A DNA stretch of 32,000 nucleotides from Trichlorobacter lovleyi SZ (GTDB lineage Bacteria; Desulfobacterota; Desulfuromonadia; Geobacterales; Pseudopelobacteraceae). Both the position numbers and the translations under genes were made by a program. Shown here in pieces: positions 1 through 11,100 of this stretch. The notes beneath the pieces are model-generated. The model searched no databases and was not told where the DNA came from. It was given only the letters and a program-made list of their open reading frames with translations. The stretch is from assembly GCF_000020385.1 (NCBI RefSeq), contig NC_010814.1, positions 2,700,001 to 2,732,000 on the forward strand, in the 5' to 3' direction. How positions within the stretch are numbered: the first letter of the stretch is position 1; each line of letters opens with the position of its first letter.

Positions 1-530
1 CGATCATTTTCCAGAACGACCTGCGCCGCGCCCTGCTGATGCTGGGCAAGCGCCAGCAGCAGACAGCGGATCAACCGGCGGAGGACGGGGCGGTGGATGA
101 GGTGCTGCGGGCACTGGCCGACCTGGCCAGCCGCCAGATCGGCGCCCTGATTGTGGTGGTCAGACAGCAGCCGATTGAACACCTGATCCAGGTGGGAACC
201 GACATCGACGCCAAGGTCACCAGTGAACTGCTCAATTCCATCTTCCTGCCCTACTCGCCGATCCACGACGGTGCCGTGATCCTGCACAAGAGCAAGATCA
301 CCCGTGCCGGCTGCCTGTTGCCCCTTTCCCACAATCCTGACATCTCGAAAAGCTTCGGCACCCGTCACCGGGCAGCCCTGGGACTTTCAGAGCTTTCCGA
401 TGCCCTGGTGCTGGTGGTTTCGGAGGAGACCGGCAAGATCTCGGCGGTCCATGACAGCAAGATCACCTACGACATCGACCAGAGCGACCTGAAAAAGCTG
501 TTAAAAAAGGCCATGGCGCACCATGGCTGA
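1..530 (+). CDS. cdaA: Diadenylate cyclase (c-di-AMP synthase) CdaA/DacA family, C-terminal part; 5' end lies outside the window
   Basis: Frame is open from position 3 (IIFQNDLRRALLMLGK...), so Met39 of the ORF track is internal. DAC-domain motifs DGAVIL, GTRHRAALGLSE and LVLVVSEETGKIS are present. Stop TGA 528-530. Lies directly upstream of glmM, the conserved cdaA-glmM arrangement. Confidence 0.85.
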   Translation, partial: IIFQNDLRRALLMLGKRQQQTADQPAEDGAVDEVLRALADLASRQIGALIVVVRQQPIEHLIQVGTDIDAKVTSELLNSIFLPYSPIHDGAVILHKSKITRAGCLLPLSHNPDISKSFGTRHRAALGLSELSDALVLVVSEETGKISAVHDSKITYDIDQSDLKKLLKKAMAHHG

Positions 531-554
531 GGAGCATAAAGGAGTGTATTATCT

Positions 555-1913
555 ATGAAAAAACTGTTCGGCACCGACGGCGTCCGCGGCGTTGCCAATA
601 TCCACCCCATGACCACGGAAACCGCCATGCAGCTGGGACGGGCCGCCGCCTATATCTTCAAGAGCAGCAGCCGGCGCCGCCATAGAATCGTGATCGGCAA
701 GGACACCCGCCTTTCCGGCTACATGCTGGAAAGCGCCCTGGTGGCAGGGATCTGCTCCATGGGGGTAGACGTGCTGCTGGTGGGGCCGCTGCCCACCCCC
801 GGCATTGCCAACATCACCAAATCGATGCGGGCTGACGCCGGTGTCGTGATCTCCGCCTCCCACAACCCGTTTCAGGATAACGGGATCAAGTTCTTCTCCG
901 GCGACGGTTTTAAACTGCCGGATGAGATCGAACTGAAGATGGAAAAACTGCTGGACTCAAAGAAGATCGAGGCGTTACGACCCACCGCCACCGAGGTGGG
1001 CAAGGCATTCCGGATTGATGATGCGGCCGGACGCTACATTGTGTTCCTTAAAAACAGCTTCCCCCCGGAGCTGGACCTGGCCGGTCTCAAGATCGTGCTG
1101 GACTGCGGCAACGGTGCCGCTTACAAGGTGGCGCCGGCAGTATTTGAAGAGCTGGGGGCCGAGGTGATCCCGCTGGGAGTCAAGCCCAACGGCACCAACA
1201 TCAATGCCGGCTGCGGCTCGTTGCACCCGGAGGTGATCAGCGAGGCGGTCAAACAGCACCGGGCTGATATCGGCATTGCCCTGGATGGTGATGCTGACCG
1301 GGTGATTGTCTGCGATGAATTCGGCAATGAGGTCAACGGCGATCAGATCATGGCGATCTGCGCCACCGACATGATTGCCCGTAAACAGCTGAAAAAGAAG
1401 ACCCTGGTGGCCACGGTCATGAGCAACATGGGTCTGGATATCGCCCTGCGCAAGGTGGGCGGCAAGATCATCAAGACCGCCGTAGGCGACCGTTATGTAG
1501 TGGAGGAGATGCGCAAAGGAGGGTATAATCTGGGGGGTGAGCAGTCCGGGCACCTGATCTTTCTGGACAACAACACCACCGGTGACGGCGTGTTGGCGGC
1601 ACTGCAGTTGCTGGCCGTGATGCGGCGCCGGGAAAAACCGCTCTCGGAGCTGGCAGAGGTGATGATCCCGCTGCCCCAGGTGCTGGTCAACGTACGGGTC
1701 AGGGAACGCCAGGATATCATGACCATCCCCCCGGTTGCCGTTGCCATCAAAGGAGTTGAGGAAAAACTGGGCAATGAAGGCAGGGTCCTGATCCGCTACT
1801 CCGGAACCGAGCCGCTGCTGCGGATCATGCTGGAAGGGCAGGACAAATACGAAATAACCGGATGGGCCAACGAGATCGCCGATCTGGTCAGGCAGCAGAT
1901 AGGAGAGAAGTAG
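555..1913 (+). CDS. glmM: Phosphoglucosamine mutase
   Basis: 452 aa. N-terminal FGTDGVRG and active-site serine loop SASHNP. Full-length alpha-D-phosphohexomutase architecture. AAGGAG-type RBS at about 538-544. Confidence 0.95.
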
Positions 1914-1914
1914 C

Positions 1915-2634
1915 ATGGCAAAGCTGGGCTTGAATGTTGATCATATCGCCACGGTCCGTCAGGCCCGCGGCGGCAGTGAACCTGATCCGGTGACCGCTGC
2001 AGCTATCGGTGAACTGGCCGGGGCCGAAGGGATCACGATCCATCTGCGGGAGGACCGCCGCCATATCCAGGACCGCGACCTTGAGATCCTGCGCAGGACC
2101 GTACAGACCAAACTGAACCTTGAAATGGCCGCCACCGACGAGATGGTGGGGATCGCCTGCCGGATCAGGCCGGAACAGTGCACCCTGGTGCCGGAAAAAC
2201 GTCAGGAGCTGACCACTGAAGGCGGCCTGGATGTACTGGGCAACCTGGCCGGCATCACCAGAGCAACCAGCAGTCTGCGCGAGGCAGGGATTGTGGTCAG
2301 TCTGTTTGTTGATCCAACCGTTGAGCAGATCAGGGCCTCAAAGGAAAGTGGTGCCGATGCGATTGAGATCCATACCGGCCGCTATGCGGAGGCCCGCAGT
2401 GAAAAGTCCCGCCACCATGAACTGGCTGCGATCCGGGAGGCAATCAGGCTGGGCAATGAGCTGGGGTTGACCGTGCATGCCGGGCATGGCCTGAATTACG
2501 TCAACATCCTCCCCCTGACCGGACTGGCCGGCATTGAAGAGTTCAATATCGGCCACAGCATCATCTCCCGTGCCATGCTGGTGGGCCTTGACCGGGCGGT
2601 GCGCGAGATGGTGACGCTGATCCGCCGGCCATGA
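1915..2634 (+). CDS. pdxJ: Pyridoxine 5'-phosphate synthase
   Basis: 239 aa. [23 protein letters not shown]-terminus and HLREDRRHI motif typical of PdxJ. ATG is 1 nt after the glmM stop. Confidence 0.93.
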   Translation: MAKLGLNVDHIATVRQARGGSEPDPVTAAAIGELAGAEGITIHLREDRRHIQDRDLEILRRTVQTKLNLEMAATDEMVGIACRIRPEQCTLVPEKRQELTTEGGLDVLGNLAGITRATSSLREAGIVVSLFVDPTVEQIRASKESGADAIEIHTGRYAEARSEKSRHHELAAIREAIRLGNELGLTVHAGHGLNYVNILPLTGLAGIEEFNIGHSIISRAMLVGLDRAVREMVTLIRRP

Positions 2635-3011
2635 TCCTCGGCATCGGCATAGACACGGTTGAAATCAGCCGCTTCCAGCGCTTTCTGGATGAAGACAACC
2701 AGGCCTTGCTGAACCGTCTCTTTGCCCCGGCCGAGCAGGAATACTGCCGCCCCAGGAAACAGGCTGCCTCCTGCCTGGCCGCCCGCTTTGCCGCCAAGGA
2801 GGCCTTTGTCAAGGCACTGGGGACCGGGCTGCGGGACGGCATCTGCTGGACCGAGATAGCAGTCGGCAACGATCAGCTGGGCAAACCGTTCCTGAAACTG
2901 TCAGGACGCGCCCTGCAGCTGTTTTCGGAACAGGGGGCTGCATCCGCACACCTGTCACTGTCCCATGATGGTGGCCATGCGGTTGCGCAGGTCATACTGG
3001 AGGCGCCATGA
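2631..3011 (+). CDS. acpS: Holo-[acyl-carrier-protein] synthase (4'-phosphopantetheinyl transferase)
   Basis: 126 aa. [15 protein letters not shown]-terminus and [12 protein letters not shown] motif. ATGA start/stop overlap with pdxJ, matching the pdxJ-acpS order known from E. coli. Confidence 0.9.
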   Translation: MILGIGIDTVEISRFQRFLDEDNQALLNRLFAPAEQEYCRPRKQAASCLAARFAAKEAFVKALGTGLRDGICWTEIAVGNDQLGKPFLKLSGRALQLFSEQGAASAHLSLSHDGGHAVAQVILEAP

Positions 3012-4582
3012 AGATCGTCACCGCCCATACCATGCAGGAGCTGGACCGTCGCGCCATTAACGAATACGGTATTCCCGGCCGTGACCTGATGGAACAGGCC
3101 GGACAGGGCTGTGCCGAGCATATCCTGGCCGCCTATGGTACCCGGAGGAGCAAACGGGTCGTGATCCTGGCCGGCAAAGGCAACAATGGCGGCGACGGGT
3201 ATGTGATTGCCCGCTGCCTGCTGGAAAAAGAGTGGCAGGTGCTGGTGATCGTGCTGGCTGATCGGGACAGCATCCACGGTGATGCTGAAACCAATCTGGT
3301 GCGGCTCCCGGAGGAGATCGTAAGTTTTTGTCCCGGCGACGGGGAACTGACCGAGAAACATGCCGACGACATCCAGCAGGCCGATGTGCTGGTGGATGCG
3401 CTGCTGGGGACCGGTCTGCGCAGTGACCTGACCGGGGTCTATCTAGAGGCGGTGGAACTGATCAACACGGCGCCGGGCAAAGTGGTGGCGGTGGATATTC
3501 CCACCGGTATCCACGGCACCACCGGCCGGATTCTGGGAAAGACCGTCCATGCCAACATGACGGTCACCTTCGGGATCGCCAAGCTGGGCCACGTGCTCTA
3601 CCCGGCTGCCGAGCATGTAGGCAGACTGGTCATCGTGGATATCGGCATTCCGCCCCAGCTGATGCAAGAGGCGGTAGGCTATGACTTTTTGAACGAAAAA
3701 CTGATGGCCCCGCTGGTGAAACGCCGTGACCGCCAGGCCCACAAGGGAACCTACGGCCACTGTCTGATCATTGCCGGATCAACCGGCAAGACCGGCGCAG
3801 CCGCCCTGGCAGCAAACAGTGCCGTCCGGACCGGTTCCGGCCTGGTGACGCTTGCCGTACCGGAAAGCCTCAATCAGATCCTTGAGGTGAAGACCACCGA
3901 GGCGATGACCCTGCCGCTGCCCGATGCCGGCAGCGGACACCTGACGACCCACGCCATTGCCCTGCTTGAAAAGTACCTGCCGGGCAAAAACGCCCTGGCG
4001 ATCGGTCCGGGGATCGACCGCCGCCCTGCCGGTGTCACGGTGGTACAGAACCTGGTGGAGAATATTGCTCTTCCGATGGTGATTGATGCCGATGGCCTGA
4101 ATGCCCTGGCCGAAGACACGACGGTGCTGCACCGCAGGCGTTCCCAGAACATTGTCCTGACCCCCCACCCCGGTGAGATGTCCCGCCTGCTGGGCTCTTC
4201 CATCCCTGATGTGGCTGCCATCCGCATCTCGGTTGCCCAGGAGTTTGCCCGTACCTTCGGGGTGTATGTCGTCCTGAAAGGGGCCCGGACCATCATTGCC
4301 GCGCCCAACGGCATGGCTGCCATCAACGGCAGCGGCAACCCCGGCATGGCAAGCGGCGGCATGGGGGATGTACTGACCGGCATTATCGTATCGCTGCTGG
4401 GCCAGGGCTACTCAACCTGGAACGCCTGCCGCCTGGGGGTATTCATCCACGGCCTGGCCGGTGACCTGGTGGCCATGGAACAGGGCGAAATCGGCATGAC
4501 CGCCACCGACCTGATGGCCCGGATTCCGCTGGCGCTCAACCGGCTCCTGAACCTTCCCGCTAACTATCATCAACCCGTTTAA
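3008..4582 (+). CDS. nnr: Bifunctional NAD(P)H-hydrate repair enzyme (YjeF_N epimerase fused to ADP-dependent dehydratase)
   Basis: 524 aa. N-terminal YjeF_N region (GKGNNGGDGYV) and C-terminal carbohydrate-kinase-like dehydratase region (HKGTYGH, GNPGMASGGMGDVLTG). ATGA overlap with acpS. Confidence 0.9.
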   Translation: MKIVTAHTMQELDRRAINEYGIPGRDLMEQAGQGCAEHILAAYGTRRSKRVVILAGKGNNGGDGYVIARCLLEKEWQVLVIVLADRDSIHGDAETNLVRLPEEIVSFCPGDGELTEKHADDIQQADVLVDALLGTGLRSDLTGVYLEAVELINTAPGKVVAVDIPTGIHGTTGRILGKTVHANMTVTFGIAKLGHVLYPAAEHVGRLVIVDIGIPPQLMQEAVGYDFLNEKLMAPLVKRRDRQAHKGTYGHCLIIAGSTGKTGAAALAANSAVRTGSGLVTLAVPESLNQILEVKTTEAMTLPLPDAGSGHLTTHAIALLEKYLPGKNALAIGPGIDRRPAGVTVVQNLVENIALPMVIDADGLNALAEDTTVLHRRRSQNIVLTPHPGEMSRLLGSSIPDVAAIRISVAQEFARTFGVYVVLKGARTIIAAPNGMAAINGSGNPGMASGGMGDVLTGIIVSLLGQGYSTWNACRLGVFIHGLAGDLVAMEQGEIGMTATDLMARIPLALNRLLNLPANYHQPV

Positions 4583-4597
4583 ATCAAGGAGCGACCC

Positions 4598-5047
4598 ATG
4601 AAAACTGTTGCCGAGATCATGACCAAAGAGGTGCTCACCGTAGGTACCGAAACCACCATCCGCGAACTGGCCGAGCTGTTCGTCACCCACCGGATCAGTT
4701 CACTCCCGGTAGTTGATGCCGCAGGAGCCCTGATCGGTATCGTGACTGAATCAGACCTGGTTGAGCAGAGCAAAAGTGTGCACCTGCCGACCGTGATCAG
4801 CCTGTTTGACTGGGTGATCTACCTTGAGTCAGAAAAGACCCTGGAAAAGGAGCTGAAGAAAATGGGGGGCAGAACCGTTGCCGACATCTATCAGCCGGAG
4901 GCGGTCTCCATCGCCCCGACTGCCTCTCTCAGCGAGGCTGCCGACCTGATGAGCGCCCATCACACCAACGCCGTACCGGTACTTGAAAACGGCAGGCTGG
5001 TGGGGATCGTGGCACGCATCGACATCATCCGCACCCTGCTGGTGTAG
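4598..5047 (+). CDS. CBS-domain pair protein
   Basis: 149 aa. Two CBS-like modules (IMTKEVLTV...LPVVD..GALIGIVTESDL and ...AVPVLENGRLVGIVARIDI). AAGGAG RBS just upstream. Confidence 0.75.
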   Translation: MKTVAEIMTKEVLTVGTETTIRELAELFVTHRISSLPVVDAAGALIGIVTESDLVEQSKSVHLPTVISLFDWVIYLESEKTLEKELKKMGGRTVADIYQPEAVSIAPTASLSEAADLMSAHHTNAVPVLENGRLVGIVARIDIIRTLLV

Positions 5048-5055
5048 GAAAAACC

Positions 5056-5586
5056 ATGCCCTGTCCTGCAACGTCGCTGGTGGTTGAAACCGGCTCCCCC
5101 GAACAGACCGAGGCAGTGGGAACCAGTCTGGGCAGGCTGCTTGAGCCAGGTGACGTGGTGACCCTGTCCGGAGAACTGGGGGGCGGCAAGACCTGTTTCG
5201 TGCGCGGCGTGGTCGCATCGCTGGCGCCTGCCGGCAAAGAGCTGGTGGCCTCCCCCACCTTTGCCATCCTCAATGAATATCCGGGGCAGCCGCCGGTGCT
5301 GCACTACGACTGCTACCGTCTGCGCGGCAGTGACGATGCCGTGGAATTAGGGATTGAAGAACAGCTCTGCGGAGACACTGTCTGTCTGATTGAGTGGCCG
5401 GAACGGATAGCAGCCGTCCTGCCGGATGACCGGCTTGAAGTCCTGTTTGAATATGCCGGTGACACCCGGCGCTGTATCACCTTTTTGTCCCATGGTTGCC
5501 GTGGGGCCAAACTGCTGGCGCAGCTTGCTGCCATCGCTGATTCCTGTAAAAAACCCTTGTCTGAGGAACAGCGTTCTGCTATGTAA
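5056..5586 (+). CDS. tsaE: tRNA threonylcarbamoyladenosine (t6A) biosynthesis ATPase TsaE (YjeE)
   Basis: 176 aa. P-loop GELGGGKT, SPTFAI and HYDCYRL motifs characteristic of TsaE. C-terminal extension relative to minimal TsaE. Confidence 0.85.
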   Translation: MPCPATSLVVETGSPEQTEAVGTSLGRLLEPGDVVTLSGELGGGKTCFVRGVVASLAPAGKELVASPTFAILNEYPGQPPVLHYDCYRLRGSDDAVELGIEEQLCGDTVCLIEWPERIAAVLPDDRLEVLFEYAGDTRRCITFLSHGCRGAKLLAQLAAIADSCKKPLSEEQRSAM

Positions 5587-5628
5587 TAGCCCTTTCATCT
5601 TTGAACTGTTCTGCGAAGGAGCAACAGT

Positions 5629-6843
5629 ATGGCACTGGTAGTCCAGAAATATGGAGGTACCTCGGTCGGCACCACGGACCGAATCAAGAATGTCGCCAAG
5701 CGGATCATCAAGACCTATGAGGCCGGTAATGAGGTGGTGGTGGTGGTTTCCGCCATGTCAGGCGAGACCAACAAACTGGTGGCGCTGGCCAATGACATGG
5801 TGGATATCCCTGACAACCGCGAATACGACGTGGTGGTTGCCACCGGAGAGCAGGTCACCATCGGCCTGCTGTCAATGTACCTGAAGTCACTGGGCTACAA
5901 GGCTAAATCCTATATGGGCTGGCAGGTGCCGATCATTACCGACAGCACCTTTTCCAAGGCCCGGATCGAAAGCATTGACGACACCAGGATGCGCGCCGAC
6001 CTGAAAGCCGGCAATATTGTGGTGGTGGCCGGTTTCCAGGGCATGGACAAGGACGGCAATCTGACCACCCTCGGCCGCGGCGGTTCCGATACCTCGGCGG
6101 TGGCGCTTGCAGCGGCCCTCAAGGCTGATGTCTGCGAGATCTACACCGATGTTGACGGTGTCTACACCACCGACCCCAACGTCTGCAAAGAGGCCCGCAA
6201 GGTTGAGAAGGTTTCCTACGACGAGATGCTGGAGCTGGCCAGCCTTGGTGCAAAGGTGCTGCAGATCCGCTCGGTTGAGTTTGCCAAAAAATTTAATGTG
6301 GACATCCATGTCCGCTCTAGTCTGAATGAAAACACCGGTACCATGGTTACCAGGGAGGATAAGGATATGGAAGGGATTCTCGTTTCCGGGGTTGCGTACG
6401 ACAAGAATGAAGCCAAGATTGCCGTACTGGGAGTACCGGACAAACCGGGCATTGCAGCACAGATTCTCACCCCGCTCTCTGATGCGGCTATTTCAGTCGA
6501 CATGATCGTGCAGAACGTCAGCCATGACGGCCTGACCGACTTTACCTTCACCGTCACCAAGGCCGACCTGAAGAAGGCCCTGCTGATCACCAACGAGGCT
6601 GCCAAAGAGATTCAGGCCCAGGAGGTTCAGTCTGACGAGAACATCAGCAAGATCTCCATTGTCGGCCTGGGCATGCGCAGCCACGCCGGTGTTGCCACCC
6701 GTATGTTTTCGGTGCTGGCCAAGAACAACATCAACATCGGCATGATTTCCACCTCCGAGATCAAGGTTTCCGTGGTGATCGACGAAAAATACACCGAGCT
6801 GGCCGTACGGGTGCTGCACGAAGAGTTCGGCCTGCAGGGATAA
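5629..6843 (+). CDS. lysC: Aspartate kinase with C-terminal ACT domains
   Basis: 404 aa. VVQKYGGTSVG N-terminus, GRGGSDT motif and two ACT-like regions at the C-terminus. AAGGAG RBS upstream. Confidence 0.93.
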   Translation: MALVVQKYGGTSVGTTDRIKNVAKRIIKTYEAGNEVVVVVSAMSGETNKLVALANDMVDIPDNREYDVVVATGEQVTIGLLSMYLKSLGYKAKSYMGWQVPIITDSTFSKARIESIDDTRMRADLKAGNIVVVAGFQGMDKDGNLTTLGRGGSDTSAVALAAALKADVCEIYTDVDGVYTTDPNVCKEARKVEKVSYDEMLELASLGAKVLQIRSVEFAKKFNVDIHVRSSLNENTGTMVTREDKDMEGILVSGVAYDKNEAKIAVLGVPDKPGIAAQILTPLSDAAISVDMIVQNVSHDGLTDFTFTVTKADLKKALLITNEAAKEIQAQEVQSDENISKISIVGLGMRSHAGVATRMFSVLAKNNINIGMISTSEIKVSVVIDEKYTELAVRVLHEEFGLQG

Positions 6844-6861
6844 TTCAGCTTTTCACGGCAA

Positions 6862-6903
6862 CAGAAATGGGGATACCGATCGGGTATCCCCATTTCTGTT
6901 TTT
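6862..6903 (+). terminator. Rho-independent terminator downstream of lysC
   Basis: Perfect 16-bp stem CAGAAATGGGGATACC (6862-6877) / GGTATCCCCATTTCTG (6883-6898) with a 5-nt loop. It is followed by TTTTT (6899-6903). Confidence 0.8.
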
Positions 6904-6989
6904 GGCCCCTTTTACCCTTCTTGCCTGTGCTGGATAACATGGTATGCTTAACCATCGCAGGCAGATCATGCAGCACATAGGATACCGGT

Positions 6990-8189
6990 ATGGCAACCAG
7001 CCACAAAACAACATCCCCGGCCAGGCAGACCGGCGCGGATGCAGAACAGGCCCGCATTGCCCGGAATGAGTTTCTCACCAACATGAGCCACGAGATCCGC
7101 ACGCCGATGAACGGCGTGATCGGCATGGCACAGCTGTTGCGGACCACGCCGCTGGACGCCGTCCAGAAGGAGTACCTCGACTGCCTGGAAGTCTCAGCCA
7201 AGAGTCTGATGTACCTGATTAACGACATCATTGACTTCTCCAAGATTGAAGACGGCCAGGTTGAGCTGGAAGAGGTTGACTTCAGCCTGCGCGCCACCAT
7301 CAACAACATCATCAAGACCCAGCATGCCGACCTGCATATCAAAGGACTGGACCTGCTGATCGACATCCCCCATACCGTACCCGACGCCCTCAGGGGTGAT
7401 CAGCTGCATACCAAGCAGATCATTCTCAACCTGCTGGGCAATGCCATCAAATACACCGTACAAGGGACCATCAGGCTGGCGGTCAGCGTTATCGAGCAGC
7501 AGGAGGATCAGATCCTGCTGCTGCTGAGCATCAACGACACCGGCGTCGGCATTGACGAAGAAAATCTGGCCAAGCTGTTTGCACCGCTGCTCCAGACCAG
7601 CTCACCGGCAAACCAGAAACTGGGAGCAAAGGGGTTGGGACTTTCGATCAGCAGGCGGCTGGTTGAGCTGATGGGCGGCAGAATCTGGGCTGAAAGCAAC
7701 GTTGGTGTCGGCAGCAGCTTCCACCTGGCACTACCCTTTATCGTGGCACGCAGAACTGCTGCATCCGATACCGAGGAGGAACAGGACGTCATCTCTTCTC
7801 AGTGGCAAGGTCCGGCCTTACAGATCCTGCTGGCTGAAGACAACGCCATTAACCAGAAATTTGCAGTCACCATCCTTGAACGGATGGGGCACCGGGTCAC
7901 CAGCACCAACAACGGCAAGGAAGCAGTGCAACTCTGGAAACAAGGAACGTTTGATCTGATTCTGATGGATATCCAGATGCCGTTGCAGGACGGAAAGGCC
8001 GCAACAGCCGCCATCAGAAAAGCGGAAGACGGCACTGACCGGCATATACCGATCATTGCCCTGACCGCCCACGCCCTGCAGGAAGAAAAGCTGCAACTGC
8101 TCAGCTCAGGCTTTGACGGCTATGTTCCCAAACCGATGGAGATCAGCGTGCTGACCAGCGAGATGTACAAGGTACTCAGACAGCCTTGA
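6990..8189 (+). CDS. Hybrid sensor histidine kinase/response regulator (HisKA-HATPase_c-REC) without a recognisable sensor or TM region
   Basis: 399 aa. H-box [15 protein letters not shown] starts about 27 aa from the N-terminus. N-box [10 protein letters not shown]-boxes NDTGVGI and [17 protein letters not shown]-terminal receiver [11 protein letters not shown]...LILMDIQMP...KPM. Confidence 0.85.
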   Translation: MATSHKTTSPARQTGADAEQARIARNEFLTNMSHEIRTPMNGVIGMAQLLRTTPLDAVQKEYLDCLEVSAKSLMYLINDIIDFSKIEDGQVELEEVDFSLRATINNIIKTQHADLHIKGLDLLIDIPHTVPDALRGDQLHTKQIILNLLGNAIKYTVQGTIRLAVSVIEQQEDQILLLLSINDTGVGIDEENLAKLFAPLLQTSSPANQKLGAKGLGLSISRRLVELMGGRIWAESNVGVGSSFHLALPFIVARRTAASDTEEEQDVISSQWQGPALQILLAEDNAINQKFAVTILERMGHRVTSTNNGKEAVQLWKQGTFDLILMDIQMPLQDGKAATAAIRKAEDGTDRHIPIIALTAHALQEEKLQLLSSGFDGYVPKPMEISVLTSEMYKVLRQP

Positions 8190-8198
8190 CAGCTTGCA

Positions 8199-11100
8199 CT
8201 ACCCCTCCCCGTGCAGCACAAACACCCCCCAGTAAAACGGGTTGGGATACTTCTTGCGCATCTGCTCCCGGGCCAGTTTCAGGGCCAGGGCATGGGGCTT
8301 GCCCTGTTTGAGATAGCCGTAGAAGAGCGTGACATACTCCACCGCCGGTTCCGAGGCCACCTCCCACAGACTGACCACCACGCTGCCCGCACCGGCCGAC
8401 TGGAAGGCCCGGGCAAAGTTGGCCACCCCTTCCCCCTCCACCTCTTTCCCCACCCCGGTCACACAGGCAGACAGCATCACCAGCTCGGCATTCAGCTTCA
8501 GATCAAGCACCTCACTCAAGGTAAGAAAGCCATCGCTTCCACTCCGCTTGTCCCGTTGACTCAACAGGATGAACGGCTCGTTCACCTCCTGAATCATGCC
8601 CGGCAGCGAGGCATGGGTGGCAAAATGCAGATAGCGGTACCCCCCCAGCGGGGATTGTCTCAGCATTGATTCTGTGGCCTGTGATCCCAGCAGGATGTCC
8701 GGCGGTTGAATCGCCGTACCCAGCAGGGCTGCAATCCGGCGCACCTCAGCCTCAGTCTCCGGCAGCGGGGGAAACAGAACCGGTTGCCCGTACTGTTTCG
8801 GCACAACTGACAGACCACGGAAGCCCTGCTGGTTTCCTGCTGTTGTCCCGAAGTCGGGATTGCCAAGGGCAAACAGGCTGCGGGTCGGCTGCCCACCCGG
8901 CAAGGCACGTTTCAAGGCCAACAGGCTGGCAGACTGGTAGTAGGAGACCGCATAGCGATCTCCCAGATAGCCGGCCTCTTTGATAGAGGCAGTGCCAGGC
9001 AGCGCCAGGATCTCAAACGGCAAAGTGCCAAGGATACCATCCGGCACGATGATCAGCCGATCTGTTGGACGTGCATCGGACAGCCCTTCGGCCAGCAGCA
9101 GCCGGTACAGTTCTGCAGCCTGCGGTTGCGAGAAGTCCTGTTGATGGCGGTTAGTAAGCGGCTCCAGGAAGTTCTTAATCTTTTCTTCCAGCGCAGCCCT
9201 CTTCAGCGGTATCCGCACCACCCGCTGCACACCACCTTTCCTGACCACAAACAGGTAACCGGCATCCTCACCCAGGGCATAGGCCAGCAGCAGTTCATTG
9301 GCTGCCAGCGGCAACTGTTCAGCCGCAACCGGGCGGGGATAGTTGATGGCTGCGTAGAGGGGGAACTCCCGCTGCAGCCGGGCGATCAGGCGTTCAAAAC
9401 GCTGATGCAGGGCCTGACGTTGCTGCTGATACTGGCTATAGGATGCTGCCCCACCACGCACGGCCTGATCACGACCGGCATCCAGGGCAGCCAGCTGCTG
9501 GCGCAGTTGCAGTTCCTCTTCACGTAACACAGCAGGCAGGCTGTTTGACGCCACAGAACTGCGCCCACTTTCGGCCACCCGCTCAATCAGGGTCCTGGCC
9601 TTGCTTGCCTCGGCAAAATAAAAGGCGGCAGCTGCATTACCGCCTCCATAGTTCCGCAGCTCCGGCACAATCGGATCGCCACGCAGGGCCTGCTCAGCAA
9701 CGCTGGCGGTCAGGGCGCGATAGGTGCGAAACCGTCCGCCACCGCCCCCTGCGGTCAGAAATGAGCCTCGTTCAGCGACTGAAGAACGCAGTTCCTCCAG
9801 CAGCTGATAGGATTTCAGCAGATGCCGGCTTGCCCCGGCATACTCACCACGCCCCAGCAAGGCGCGACCGGTCTGCATCTCATGTTCAGCCACCACCTGC
9901 TCACCTGCCAGAGCCGCCGGAGTCTGTTGCTGCAGTAATGCCAGGGCCTGATCATAGCGGCCGGTCTGCAGATAGACCTCAACCAGACCGGGATGTCGCA
10001 AGTTGACCCCGCTTTTATCAATCTGCAGCCGCCGGCGTTCATTCAGCAGTTGTTCTGCCGTACCTGGATCACCGTTAAAGAGATAGGCAGCGGCAAGGTT
10101 ACTCAACCCCAGGGCGATATCGAGCTTATTGCCGATACTACGCTTCAGTTCAAGGGCCTGCTGATGCCAGCGGATCGCTTCGTCATAGCGTTTGGTTTGA
10201 TAATACACCATGGCAATGTTGTTCAGATTGGTGGCCATCTCCTGTCTTGCGCCGATCTCCCGGTTGATCCGCAACGCATCCTGATAGCTCGCAAGGGCCC
10301 GGTCCTGCTGCCCCAGCGCCGCATACAGATCACCGATGTTATTGCCTGCCGTGGCCAACATCCCCTTGCGACCCAACTCTTGGGCCAGAATCAGGGCCTG
10401 CTGGTAGTAGCTCCGCGCCTGTTCATACTGACCGGACCCCTTATACACCACTCCAATATTATTAAGTATATTTGCCTGTTGGCGTTTATCTCCCAGACGT
10501 TTGGCAACCCGCAGTGCCTCATCAAAAGCAGCCAGGGCAGCGGGGATCCTGTGCAGATCAAACTCGTTCAGCCCTTTGCGGTTCAGGCTTGAGCAAAGAT
10601 CCTCCTCCAGATTGGCGCGACGCTGGATAGCAATGGCCTCCTCATAGTAACCCGCGGCCTGGTTGTAATTGCCTGACATGTTGCTGGCCTGGCCCAGGGT
10701 TGCCAAGGCATTTGAAATTCCCGCATTGTTCCGCAGCCGGCGGTTGATGCCAAGCGACTCCTGCAGATCGCGGATCGCCTCCGGATAACGCCCCAGCACG
10801 GTCTTGACCGTTCCGGTATGAAACAGCAGCAGGGCTGTCTCATCAGCCTTGCGAATCTGGCGATACAGCTTCAGAGATTCTTCCAGAAAAGGCAAGGCGC
10901 GTTGATGCTGCTCCAGCCCTTTGTACAACAGTGCACCAAGGTTCAGCAGATCATTGGCCAGATCCTCGGGATTGTTGCGTTGTCTGCTCAACTGCAGTGC
11001 CTGTTCGTAATAGCTGCGTGCCCTCTCATTCTGATCAAGGGCATCATAGACCACCCCCAGTCCGTTCAGGTTGGCCCAACGGCAGTCAACATCATAGCCG

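Noticed and set aside
39-41. Met39 as the start of the first CDS, as in the ORF track
   Set aside because: The frame is open back to the window edge, and the DAC domain family has an N-terminal membrane region that must lie upstream. The CDS was treated as 5'-truncated.
6931-6947. TGG...TGC pattern upstream of the histidine kinase gene, as a possible sigma54 (-24/-12) promoter
   Set aside because: The GG-to-GC spacing is about two nucleotides too long, and the flanking bases do not match TGGCAC-N5-TTGC.
6845-7366. 173-aa minus-strand ORF overlapping the lysC terminator and the 5' part of the histidine kinase gene
   Set aside because: It runs through a strong plus-strand terminator hairpin and is antisense to the H-box region of the kinase. 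No supporting features.
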